Position numbers and translations under genes: made by a program. From Bacillota bacterium (GTDB lineage Bacteria > Bacillota > Clostridia > Christensenellales > SZUA-584), in assembly GCA_023415795.1 (NCBI GenBank), contig JAEZJG010000010.1:10189-74188 (forward strand): a stretch of DNA of 64,000 nucleotides. The letters run 5' to 3'. The notes beneath the pieces are model-generated. The model worked only from the letters and a program-made list of their open reading frames with translations. It had not been told where the DNA came from and ran no database searches. Shown here one piece after another: positions 1-9,623 of this stretch. Numbering within the stretch: the stretch's first letter is position 1; each line of letters opens with the position of its first letter.

Positions 1-195
1 GTACTTCTTAGCCTCGTCGCAGACCTTTCGCACTTCCGCTTCGGATGCCTCAGGCTTTAAAAGCGTGTGGTCAATGTACTTAGCCAGCGACGCAGGCGCA
101 AACTCGTTTGCGCTCCCCGGTGACGTCTGCGTCTTGCCATTAAGCTGCGCGCAGACTTCTTCCGTTACTTTCCTGATCAGTTCGTTTACGTCCAT
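1..195 (-). CDS. deoC: Deoxyribose-phosphate aldolase, N-terminal 65 codons (gene runs off the left edge)
   Basis: My own minus-strand translation from the ATG at 195 gives MDVNELIRKV...LAKYIDHTLLKPEASEAEVRKVCDEAKKY. The IDHTLLKP motif is typical of the DeoC N-terminus. The ORF is truncated, so it is absent from the ORF track. Confidence 0.8.
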   Translation of the reverse strand, partial: MDVNELIRKVTEEVCAQLNGKTQTSPGSANEFAPASLAKYIDHTLLKPEASEAEVRKVCDEAKKY

Positions 196-229
196 TGAAT
201 CTCCCTCCAAATTGTCTTCTTCATTCTGT

Positions 230-1243
230 TTATAAATTGTACTCTTCGCACCGTTTTAAAATATTTAGGGCGGTTATCTCATCCATATACAAAGTCGTCA
301 TATACCCGCCTCTTAGCGCTCCGATTATAGCGTCGGTTTTCTCGGCACCGACTGCTATTCCTATCCTGTGCTTCTTTTTCTTAAGCTCGTGAAGCTCGAT
401 GCCTATAGTCCTTGCGTTATATCCATTATCCACGAGCTCTCCGTTTATATTAAAAAACCTTGTGCATATATCGCCTACAGCGCCGGCTTCGCGCAAAGTC
501 TTTATATTTTCCACCGTGACTGTTGAGCGCTCGACCAGCACCGAATTCTCAGACGTCTGCCCTATACTGAAAACGGCGATATTTGCCTCTCGTGCCAGCT
601 CAAGCACCAGCTTAATCCGTGAATCCCGCTTTATTTCGTTTGCAATTCTTTCATCGTCTACGAGAGCCGGCGCGGCTATTATGTACCCAACGCCCGAATA
701 TGCCTGCGTAAATTTTTCGAGCAGACCTGCAGTCTTTGTAGACAATACGCTGGTGGCGATAGAGCCGTTGAGCTGCACGATTTTTATGCCTTTTTTCGCG
801 GTTGTGGGCGGCACGACCAGTGAAGATAAGTGTTCCATAGTCCTGCCCCACGAAACGCTGACGATGTCATTGTCTGTAACAATCTTGCTTAGATCTTCGG
901 CTACCATCTTGCAAGTATCTGTCATACATATGGCAGCGTTATTCACAAAACACGGCGTAATGAAAATGTGATCGATATCAAAGTGCTTTTTGAGCAGCTC
1001 TTCCTGAAGCGCAAGAGACCGTACCGGATATATTATTTCATGCTTAACATATCCTAGCGATACAGCCTTTTTAATAATACGAGATACCGTGGATATAGAC
1101 GTCTCTTCTTCCGCAGCTATTTGCTCCTGAGACAAGCCGAGCTCGTAGTACTTCTTCGCTATGCGTATTATTGTATTTATCTCGCTTATCGTCACATTTT
1201 CCATTATACTTCTCAACTTTTCATTATTTGAGGGCATATTCAC
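230..1243 (-). CDS. SorC-family transcriptional regulator (B. subtilis DeoR type, sugar-phosphate binding)
   Basis: 337-aa ORF with an N-terminal HTH (LSQEQIAAEEETSISTVSRIIKKA) and a long SorC-type sugar-binding domain. It lies directly upstream of deoC on the same strand. Confidence 0.8.
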   Translation of the reverse strand: MNMPSNNEKLRSIMENVTISEINTIIRIAKKYYELGLSQEQIAAEEETSISTVSRIIKKAVSLGYVKHEIIYPVRSLALQEELLKKHFDIDHIFITPCFVNNAAICMTDTCKMVAEDLSKIVTDNDIVSVSWGRTMEHLSSLVVPPTTAKKGIKIVQLNGSIATSVLSTKTAGLLEKFTQAYSGVGYIIAAPALVDDERIANEIKRDSRIKLVLELAREANIAVFSIGQTSENSVLVERSTVTVENIKTLREAGAVGDICTRFFNINGELVDNGYNARTIGIELHELKKKKHRIGIAVGAEKTDAIIGALRGGYMTTLYMDEITALNILKRCEEYNL

Positions 1244-1397
1244 CGGTTATATTATGATTATTCGACACCGGTGCAAATATTCCTGCCTATTGAAAATATT
1301 ATTACGCATAAATATAATGGTATTATTCTCACTTAACGGCCAGTCTGTAAATATAAACAAAAATGCTGTATCCCGTTATAAATTTGAGCCTTACAAA

Positions 1398-2897
1398 TTA
1401 CTCTTTTGCCCAGCCGAACGAGCGTTCGACGGCCCGTTTCCAGCCTGCGTAGAGAGACTCCCTTCTGTCTTCGCTCATGCTTGGCTCATAAACCCGCGCT
1501 ATCTTCCACTGCTTGGCTATCTCAGCCTTGCTCTTCCAGAATCCGACGCCCAGCCCTGCGAGATACGCTGCGCCGAGAGCCGCCATCTCTGTGACAACCG
1601 GCTTTTGAATAGGTATCCCAAGTATGTCGGATTGTATCTGCATCAAAAGATCGTTGACAGTAGCGCCGCCGTCCACCCTGAGCGCCGTTGCCTTCTGTCC
1701 TGAATCCTTCTCCATGCACTCAAGAACATCACGCGTTTGATAGCAGATTGCCTCCAGCGCGCTTCTCGCGATGTGTTCTCCGGTCGTCCCGCGCGTAATT
1801 CCTACGATCGTTCCTCTCGCGTACATGTCCCAATAAGGAGCACACAACCCCGTAAATGCGGGAACCAAGTATACTCCTTGTGTATCCTCGACCTTGCCGG
1901 CAAGATCGTTTATCTCAGCCGCCGACTTTATTATCTTCAGGCCATCCCTCAGCCACTGTACCGTCGCGCCGCCCACGAATATCACACCTTCAAGAGCGTA
2001 TTCCACTTTGCCGTCGATCACCCACCCGAGGTCTGTCGTAAGCCCGGTCTTGCTCATCTTAAGCTCTTCGCCAATATTCATCATCAGCGCGAGCGAAGTG
2101 CCGTACGTATTCTTCGCCATGCCCGGCTCAAAGCAAGTCTGGCCGAACGTTGCAGCATGCTGGTCGCCAGCATCTCCTGCCACAGGTACTTCTTCGCCGA
2201 AGAATACGTCCCGGCTCGTCATTGTCAGAACACCGCTTGTGGGCTTGAGTTCGGGCAGTATATGCTCGGGAACGCCGAGAGCTTCCATTATCTTTGCGTC
2301 CCATTTAAGATCGTGTATATCGAGCAGCATTGTCCTTGAAGCGTTGGAATAATCCTCCACATGACTTGCCCCGCCCGAAAGCTTATACATCAGCCACGAA
2401 TCCACGTTCCCGAAGCAGATCTTCTTTTCCCGTACTTTTTCTTTGACCCCCTCAACATTGTCGATGATCCATTTTATCTTTGTTCCCGAAAAATAGGCGT
2501 CTATCAGAAGGCCGGTTCTTTCCTTTATATAATCCTCATAGCCCTTTGCCTTGAGCTCTTCGCATATGCCTGCGGTCTGCCGCGACTGCCATACGATAGC
2601 GTTATATACCGGTTCTCCCGTATCCCTATCCCAAAGTATCGTTGTCTCGCGCTGACAGGTTATCCCTATTGCAGCGACCTCCGCTGCGCTGGTATTACCC
2701 TTTTCGAAGGCCTCGGCAGCACAGATCATAGTCGTTTCCCAGTACTCGTTTGGATCGTGCTCGACCCAGCCGGGCTTTGGATATATCTGCTTAATCTCTC
2801 TGTATGAGGACGAATGTATCTGTCCTTCCCTGTTAAACAGTACGACCCTCGTGCCCGTTGTTCCCTGGTCGATGGCCATGATAAATCTTTTTTCCAT
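1398..2897 (-). CDS. glpK: Glycerol kinase (FGGY family)
   Basis: 499-aa ORF with AIDQGTTGTRVVLF and IYPKPGWVEHDP motifs. Full-length GlpK-like sequence. Confidence 0.9.
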   Translation of the reverse strand: MEKRFIMAIDQGTTGTRVVLFNREGQIHSSSYREIKQIYPKPGWVEHDPNEYWETTMICAAEAFEKGNTSAAEVAAIGITCQRETTILWDRDTGEPVYNAIVWQSRQTAGICEELKAKGYEDYIKERTGLLIDAYFSGTKIKWIIDNVEGVKEKVREKKICFGNVDSWLMYKLSGGASHVEDYSNASRTMLLDIHDLKWDAKIMEALGVPEHILPELKPTSGVLTMTSRDVFFGEEVPVAGDAGDQHAATFGQTCFEPGMAKNTYGTSLALMMNIGEELKMSKTGLTTDLGWVIDGKVEYALEGVIFVGGATVQWLRDGLKIIKSAAEINDLAGKVEDTQGVYLVPAFTGLCAPYWDMYARGTIVGITRGTTGEHIARSALEAICYQTRDVLECMEKDSGQKATALRVDGGATVNDLLMQIQSDILGIPIQKPVVTEMAALGAAYLAGLGVGFWKSKAEIAKQWKIARVYEPSMSEDRRESLYAGWKRAVERSFGWAKE

Positions 2898-3019
2898 ACC
2901 GCGCCTCCTTAAGTTATATAAGGCATCTATCAGCCCGCTGCAGGGTTATATGTAACCCCGTTAAATGATCGAATACTATCAACGGCATTCCAAATCAGCA
3001 TTCGCGACCTAAATATTTT

Positions 3020-4003
3020 TTACCGTTCCTTCTGCGTGGACATATTGAGCAGCACCGCGATTATAACCAGTGCACCTCTTACGACGAGCTGCCAATATGA
3101 GCTGATACCCATAATCGTCATGCCGTTGAGTATAACACCGAGGAACAGTATACCGATAAGTGTTCCGGTCACTTTTCCTACGCCGCCCGAAAGGCTCGCG
3201 CCGCCGATGATGATGGACGATATCGCTGTCATCTCTCCGCCCGTTCCGACCGAGGGCGTTCCCGCCATAATCTGAGAGGATACCATTAACCCGGAAAGAG
3301 CACCAAGGAACCCAGTTATTCCAAACGAGATGCTACGAATGCGGTTTACGTTAACGCCTGACAGTCTCGCGCTTTCAACGTTGCCACCCACTGCATAGAC
3401 GCTACGGCCGAACGCAGTATAGTTAAGCAGGAAGAATATCACGACGAAGACGACAACCAGTATCAAAGCCTGGAACGGGAATACGCCGCCGATAAAGCCT
3501 GCGCCGAGATATCCGAACCATTGAGGATAGCTTGCAATCGGGAAGCCGCCCGTCAACAGATACGCGAAGCCGCTCAGCATCGTTAATAGTCCCAGCGTTG
3601 TGATAAACGAAGGAACTCTGAAGCTGTTCCGCATCCATGCGGTAAACATTCCAATAAGTACACCCGCTATGAGCACGATGATAGAAGAGATTATGATGGC
3701 GGGTAACACTTCCATGCCACCTAGTGTGAACTTCTGCACCATCCATGCTGAGAAACAACCGGAGAACGCAACTGCAGAACCAACAGATAAGTCAATTTCT
3801 CCAGTAATGATCACAAGCGTCATACCCAGAGCGATGATACCGTTCATTGATGAGGTTCTTAAAACCGTCATCATATTCTTCCATGTGAAAAAGTTTTCGT
3901 TTGCAAACGATAAAAAGATGAATAGTCCGATTAGTACAACTATCAGCACATTTCGTTTGAAAAAAGACTGAAACCTTTTCATTTTAACATTTACGTTTTC
4001 CAT
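3020..4003 (-). CDS. Sugar ABC transporter permease (RbsC/AraH type)
   Basis: Polytopic membrane ORF. I trimmed the start to ATG 4003, which sits behind a GGGGGAG RBS and abuts the ATPase stop at 4005. Confidence 0.85.
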   Translation of the reverse strand: MENVNVKMKRFQSFFKRNVLIVVLIGLFIFLSFANENFFTWKNMMTVLRTSSMNGIIALGMTLVIITGEIDLSVGSAVAFSGCFSAWMVQKFTLGGMEVLPAIIISSIIVLIAGVLIGMFTAWMRNSFRVPSFITTLGLLTMLSGFAYLLTGGFPIASYPQWFGYLGAGFIGGVFPFQALILVVVFVVIFFLLNYTAFGRSVYAVGGNVESARLSGVNVNRIRSISFGITGFLGALSGLMVSSQIMAGTPSVGTGGEMTAISSIIIGGASLSGGVGKVTGTLIGILFLGVILNGMTIMGISSYWQLVVRGALVIIAVLLNMSTQKER

Positions 4004-4004
4004 T

Positions 4005-5486
4005 TTACTCCCCCATACATTTCGTATAAAGTTCTTCGACAGCAACTTCCGACGGACATAGTTCTCCCTTAATCTTACCGTCGCTCATTATGAGGACCCT
4101 GTGGCATACCTGTATCAGCTCCTCAAGCTCAGACGATACGATAATCGACGCAACACCGTGCTTGCTTTGTTCCCATACGATATCAAATATCTGCTGCTTT
4201 GCGTTGACGTCTATTCCCTTCGAAGGTTCGTCTAAAAGTATCACTTTAGGATTTGTATTAAGCCAGTTGCCAACGACGACCTTTTGTTGGTTTCCGCCTG
4301 AAAGAGACGATACCGGCACTTCAGGTGTGGCTATCTTTATCTGCAGCCCGGTAACCTGTTTTTCAACCAGTTCACGCTCTGTTTTCTTGGAAAACACACC
4401 ATTACTGCAAATCTTTTTAAGACTCGCCAAAACCAGATTTTCTCGAACTGAGTGTATCTGTATAAGGCCTTCTTCTTTTCTGTTTTCCGACGTCATCGCA
4501 AGACCGGTCTTTTTGGCGATTATTGGAGAGCCTTTTTTCATCGGCTTGCCAGAAACCAACACTCTGCCCGAATCATAGCTGTCTGAGCCGAAAATCGCAC
4601 GAAGCAGCTCTGAACGTCCGGAACCCAACAGTCCTGCAATGCCAAGCACCTCACCCTTATACAGCTTAAGGTTTACATCGTTAAAAGCGCCTTTTCGAGT
4701 TAAGCCTTCAACTTCCAGCACAACTTCGTCTTGGCATTTAAGCTCTTCAGGTATGGTCTTTGTCTCAATATCGCCAAACATCATATTGATGACTTTTTCT
4801 TTTGTTAAATTAGCCAAATCCTCACGACCAATGTATTTACCGTCTCGTAACACAGTAACAGTATCCGCAACGCTCCAAAGCTCCTGAAGCTTATGGGTTA
4901 TGTAGATGATGATAACACCCTTTTCCTTCAGCGCATGGACCAGCTTAAAGAGCATCTCTGTTTCATGCTGTGCCAGAGCAGATGTTGGCTCATCCAACAA
5001 CAAAACATGGGGATTATAGGACATTGCCTTTGCAATCTCAACAAGCTGGCGCTGCCAGATGTTAAGAGCGCTGACCTTCGTTTTAGGAGAAATGTCTATC
5101 TCCAGTTCCTTTAAGAGCTTTGCCGCATCCTGATTTGCTTTATTGAAATCAATGATGGGACCCTTTTGGGGCAGCCTCCCGAAAAATATGTTCTCCGCTA
5201 TGGAAAGCCCGGGTATCAAAGATAGTTCCTGATAAACGGTTGCGATGCCTTTATCAAAAGCGTCCTGAGGATTCTTAAGCACCAGCTTCTTTCCGTCAAG
5301 CAATATCTCTCCAGAAGTTGGCGGCTGTGCTCCCGCAATAATTTTTATTAAAGTACTTTTTCCCGAACCGTTCTTACCAAGAAAAGCATGAACTTTTCCA
5401 GCTTCAAACTTAACCGAAAAATTATCCAACGCAACAGTTCCGGGGAAGACCTTTGTGACGTTTTTTATTTCAAGCAGTTTTTCCAC
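4005..5486 (-). CDS. Sugar ABC transporter ATP-binding protein, duplicated NBD (RbsA/MglA type)
   Basis: Walker A motifs GKNGSGKST and GLLGSGRSE, and signature LSGGNQQK. Start set at GTG 5486, 5 nt behind GAGGAGG; the ORF-track start at 5531 has no RBS. Confidence 0.9.
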   Translation of the reverse strand: MEKLLEIKNVTKVFPGTVALDNFSVKFEAGKVHAFLGKNGSGKSTLIKIIAGAQPPTSGEILLDGKKLVLKNPQDAFDKGIATVYQELSLIPGLSIAENIFFGRLPQKGPIIDFNKANQDAAKLLKELEIDISPKTKVSALNIWQRQLVEIAKAMSYNPHVLLLDEPTSALAQHETEMLFKLVHALKEKGVIIIYITHKLQELWSVADTVTVLRDGKYIGREDLANLTKEKVINMMFGDIETKTIPEELKCQDEVVLEVEGLTRKGAFNDVNLKLYKGEVLGIAGLLGSGRSELLRAIFGSDSYDSGRVLVSGKPMKKGSPIIAKKTGLAMTSENRKEEGLIQIHSVRENLVLASLKKICSNGVFSKKTERELVEKQVTGLQIKIATPEVPVSSLSGGNQQKVVVGNWLNTNPKVILLDEPSKGIDVNAKQQIFDIVWEQSKHGVASIIVSSELEELIQVCHRVLIMSDGKIKGELCPSEVAVEELYTKCMGE

Positions 5487-5564
5487 TTCTTCCTCCTCAT
5501 ATATCTTTAAGAAGAATGGAAGGGGTCGCAAAACGCAACCCCTTCTGAATACCGACTAGTTCAA

Positions 5565-6620
5565 TCAGCCCTTAAGACCATCCAAGAGCTCCTGGATATA
5601 GGCCTTCGCGCCGTCTGGATCGTTTCTCGTCAGCGGTATGCCGGGGAGTTTGACGCCCGTCTCAAATTCCTGACCCATCATTGCCAAGCACAGGTTCTTC
5701 ATCGAGGTCTCGCCGAGAGCGATGGGATCCTGGCCGCCCAGAGCCTGAAGAATGTTGTCCGGATCAAGCATCATGTTTACAAGCTGCTCGCTGATGTCGA
5801 TACCGAATACCGGTATGGATTTGCCAGCGTTCTTAACAGCCATAACCGTTCCAACCGTGCCGCCTTCATTAGCGCAGAAGATAAGGTCGAGATCGGGGTT
5901 AGCGTTCATCACTTCAGCAGCAGTGTTAACAGCCACGTCCGCGTCCCAAGCATCAACGTCCTGAACGATTTCGATCAGATCCTGCGTCTTGGAAAGGAAG
6001 CCGTTTGTTCTCTGAGCGCTCATCTCAGGCAGAAGAGCTGTGAACTGGATGATAGCAGTCTTGGGCTTTCTGTCCGGGAAGTTTGCTTTGATGTACTCAG
6101 CAGCATACTCGCCGACGATTTCGCCGATGTTGTACTGGTCCATCTCAGCATAACCAGTCTGCCATTCATAGTCCATGTTCATGTTAGCGCAGTAGATGGT
6201 GATGCCATTCTTTGCAGCATTCTCAAGTGCCGCAGCCGAGCCGGTGATGCTGACAGGGAAAATGCAGATACCATTTACGCCGCCAGTTGCATACTGGTTG
6301 ATGAGCTCAACTTCTTTGTCGAGTTCCCCGCCGCTGTGTCCTTCAAGAACTGTTGCGCCGTAGCTCTCAGCGGTTTTCTTCATGGTAATCTGGAGCATTC
6401 TCTGAAACTGGTCCTCGATCAGCACGACCGCAGCGATTTTCTTGCCGCTCAGATCTTCAAGCTGTTCTGAACCTTCAGTAGGCTCTGCTACCTCAGATGG
6501 CTGTGCCGCAGTTTCTTCTGCCGGTTTCTCAGAAGTCGCAGCCGGTGCTTGTCCGCAGCCTGCAAATGCCATAAGCATTGCAAGTACGAAACTAATAACT
6601 ACTAAAAGCTTTTTTCTCAT
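5565..6620 (-). CDS. Sugar ABC transporter substrate-binding lipoprotein (periplasmic binding protein family 1)
   Basis: Lipoprotein signal MRKKLLVVISFVLAMLMAFAGC, a Pro/Glu-rich linker, then an RbsB-like fold sequence. ATG 6620 lies behind AAGGAGGAAG. Confidence 0.85.
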   Translation of the reverse strand: MRKKLLVVISFVLAMLMAFAGCGQAPAATSEKPAEETAAQPSEVAEPTEGSEQLEDLSGKKIAAVVLIEDQFQRMLQITMKKTAESYGATVLEGHSGGELDKEVELINQYATGGVNGICIFPVSITGSAAALENAAKNGITIYCANMNMDYEWQTGYAEMDQYNIGEIVGEYAAEYIKANFPDRKPKTAIIQFTALLPEMSAQRTNGFLSKTQDLIEIVQDVDAWDADVAVNTAAEVMNANPDLDLIFCANEGGTVGTVMAVKNAGKSIPVFGIDISEQLVNMMLDPDNILQALGGQDPIALGETSMKNLCLAMMGQEFETGVKLPGIPLTRNDPDGAKAYIQELLDGLKG

Positions 6621-6767
6621 GTCTTCCTCCTTGTTTTTGTGACTGGTAATGTATGTTCCAGTTTCGTATTCAGCATAGCCCTTATGATACATTGTTGTAA
6701 ATCAAGGCAATTTGTTTTTTGTTTAAGATTTTTGTGTTATGCCCGAGCTTGATAAAACTAAAAGTTA

Positions 6768-7544
6768 TCAAGTTGCAGTCTTTTCCTTTTCCTGATTCGG
6801 CTGTCCGTTCCATGCGGAAAGCCCGCCGTCTACGGGTATATTCACGCCGCAAAGGTGAACCGCCTGATCAGAGGCAAGGTATACAATGACGTTAGCGCAG
6901 TATTCTGGCTCGCAAAGCACTCTCGCTGGCATATTCTTCCTGAAGCTTTCCAGCACCGCTTCGGAAGCTCCTGTGAGAAACATGGGGGTCTTTACCGCCG
7001 ACGGAGAGATTATGTTAACTCTGACACCCTGCATTGAGTAGTCCATTGCAACGGCTTTTGACATTGCTATCACCGCTCCTTTGGTAGCGCAGTATAAAGA
7101 CATATTGTAGTCTCCGCCCATACCGGAAACAGACGATACGTTGATGATAGCGCCTTTCTTTTTTGCTAGCATCTGCGGCCCAAATGCCTTCATCGTATGG
7201 AACGTGCCTCGCACGTTTACGTCAAACTGGAAGTCATAGTCCTCTTCAGGTGCGTTTTCGATCTGTCCGACGCGGAAAACGCCGGCGCAGTTTGCAAGTA
7301 CGTCTGCTCCGCCCTGCTGTGCGACCATTTCAGCAAACGCCGCAACGTCGTCCCATTTGGCAACATCCGCAGCCTTCATAAAGAGCATACCTTCCGCTCC
7401 GGCAGACAGCTCGTCATAGGTTGCTTGAAGATTATCCTTATTCCAGTCGGTCATAAAAACATTGTCTCCAAGCGCCAAAAATGCCTTGACCGTCTCTTTG
7501 CCAACGCCGCTGGCAGCACCTGTTATTACAACATTTCTGCTCAT
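6768..7544 (-). CDS. SDR-family oxidoreductase
   Basis: TGAASGVGK cofactor motif and a YxxxK (YCATK) catalytic motif. ATG 7544 lies behind AGGGAGGAAAAA. Confidence 0.85.
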   Translation of the reverse strand: MSRNVVITGAASGVGKETVKAFLALGDNVFMTDWNKDNLQATYDELSAGAEGMLFMKAADVAKWDDVAAFAEMVAQQGGADVLANCAGVFRVGQIENAPEEDYDFQFDVNVRGTFHTMKAFGPQMLAKKKGAIINVSSVSGMGGDYNMSLYCATKGAVIAMSKAVAMDYSMQGVRVNIISPSAVKTPMFLTGASEAVLESFRKNMPARVLCEPEYCANVIVYLASDQAVHLCGVNIPVDGGLSAWNGQPNQEKEKTAT

Positions 7545-7794
7545 TTTTTCCTCCCTTTGCAACTTTTTTAATTATTGTGTGTTCTATTACTTTTGTCTAC
7601 ATTAAGCTTACGTATTCCCAATAGCTTTGTAAACGCCACAATATTTGTACTTTGTTTGTCATATTCGCTTTTTTATTTTTGTGTCTGGTTTAAGCCCTTA
7701 GAACACCTTTAGGTTTATTGACAATGATTATTTTGTGATATATCTTGTTGGCATGCTAATAATAATACGTGAATTGTGAATACAGGGCTTTCAT

Positions 7795-9600
7795 ATGAAG
7801 ATAAATGCGTTTCGTTTTAAATTATTTTTATATATAACGCTGGCAACACTGATACCGGTACTCATCTTTGGGATACTGCTTTTCTCGTCTACTCAGAGCA
7901 CTCTCAAAGAGAACACCTCAGGAAATATTCAGGATACGCTGGTGTCCAATTTCAAGAACATAGAGTCGAAACTTGATGTTATGGACAACGCAAGCAACGA
8001 ACTTAGGGTTGCGCTTGCAAAAATACCAAAAGTCATTGACCCAGCTCTTAATATTGATGAAACTGAGATTTTCGAGGCGGCGCAATACCCTGTGACAGTA
8101 TACAGCTCGCTTATTGTGGACACCTACAGTATCGCAGGGTTTAACCACTTCTATTTGTATTTTCCATATCGTTCTCTCTTTCTTGTTTCAAGAATGTCCA
8201 CATTTGATGCAGTCAACCCAAATGTACTGGACTGTCACTTTCTGCCTGAAAACAAATGGGGCGTTTCTACTCCCTACGAGAATGTCATCAGCAACCCTAC
8301 TGTTGGAAAGACGCTGAAACAAAGAAATATATCCAAAAATCTTATAATACAAGATATAGAGGGCAACGAGCTTATACTCACCACAAACGTCAAGGAACGA
8401 TATATTAACGAGCTTCTTATTTCAGGCTTGCATATAAAACCGTCGTACGCGGTAATAATGGATAACCATGGGGGTCTGATATCATCAATGTCAGAGGGGG
8501 AAATTGGGCAGTCTCTTCCGCAATATAGGGATATACTTGCCGCAATAGGGGGTCAGCAGGAGTCAGGGGAAATCGAAATATCTTTAAACGGCAAGCCGCA
8601 CCTGCTCAACTGGGTGTATTCCCAAAGCAACGAATGGTATTATGTTATAGCCACCGGTACCGGTTCTGTAACAGAGGCTATGTACAAAGTAATAAACACG
8701 CTTCTCCTAATCGTTTTAGGCATCGTGGTGTTATCTTTCATCATAACGGTCGTTCTTGCGAATTCTATGACCAGGCCATTAGAACAACTCTCAACAGCAA
8801 TGACGGAGATCAAAAACAGGAATTTTAACGTCAAACTACCTATAAAGCCCAACGCTGAATTCGGCAACATCTATGCGGGGTTTAATGAAATGGCGCACGA
8901 GATCTATTCTCTTGTGAACGATGTTTCAAAAGAACAGAGCCGCAAGACCGTTGCCACTATACAGATGCTGCAGACCGAGATCAATCCACATATGCTATAC
9001 AACTCTCTTGAGTCTCTTTACAGCATTGCGAAGATAAACAATCAGGAGGAGATTGCGAACCTTGTTATGGCGCTGTCCCGTTTCTTTAGAATCGCACTTT
9101 CGGGGGGCAAACATACTGTACCCTTCCGTGAAGCGTTTGAGCTAGCCAATCAGTATATAACGGTTCAAAATATAAGGCTCAATTATAAGATAGCTTTTAC
9201 TTATGATATTTCTCAACAGATATACAACCTGTCTGTGCCTAAGTTTTTGCTGCAGCCGATAATAGAGAATTCGATACTACACGGCTTCCAAAATAAACGC
9301 GACGAGTGGCGCATTAATATAACCGCAAAAAAAGAGGGCAATCAATTAACGGTCGTCGTCCGTGATAACGGAATCGGCATACATGAGCCCGCTCTCGAAA
9401 CATTAAATCGCCGTATGAACGACTTTAATTTTGAAGATAATACTGTAAGCAAAGGATATGCACTGAGAAACCTTAATTATCAGATTAAGCTAAAGTATGG
9501 AAACTGCTCAGGAATTGAGATTAACAGTGTTTACGGTGAATATACAGAGGTCGTTATACGTATGCACATTTCCGATAAGCAGCCAAAGCACCATCGATGA
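7795..9600 (+). CDS. Sensor histidine kinase, LytS/YesM type (two TM helices, large extracytoplasmic domain, HAMP, His_kinase, HATPase_c)
   Basis: 601 aa. TM helices near residues 10-30 and 300-320, EINPHMLYNSL motif, and RDNGIGI ATPase motif. Confidence 0.85.
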   Translation: MKINAFRFKLFLYITLATLIPVLIFGILLFSSTQSTLKENTSGNIQDTLVSNFKNIESKLDVMDNASNELRVALAKIPKVIDPALNIDETEIFEAAQYPVTVYSSLIVDTYSIAGFNHFYLYFPYRSLFLVSRMSTFDAVNPNVLDCHFLPENKWGVSTPYENVISNPTVGKTLKQRNISKNLIIQDIEGNELILTTNVKERYINELLISGLHIKPSYAVIMDNHGGLISSMSEGEIGQSLPQYRDILAAIGGQQESGEIEISLNGKPHLLNWVYSQSNEWYYVIATGTGSVTEAMYKVINTLLLIVLGIVVLSFIITVVLANSMTRPLEQLSTAMTEIKNRNFNVKLPIKPNAEFGNIYAGFNEMAHEIYSLVNDVSKEQSRKTVATIQMLQTEINPHMLYNSLESLYSIAKINNQEEIANLVMALSRFFRIALSGGKHTVPFREAFELANQYITVQNIRLNYKIAFTYDISQQIYNLSVPKFLLQPIIENSILHGFQNKRDEWRINITAKKEGNQLTVVVRDNGIGIHEPALETLNRRMNDFNFEDNTVSKGYALRNLNYQIKLKYGNCSGIEINSVYGEYTEVVIRMHISDKQPKHHR

Positions 9601-9623
9601 GGACACCTATTTGGAGGATTTGA

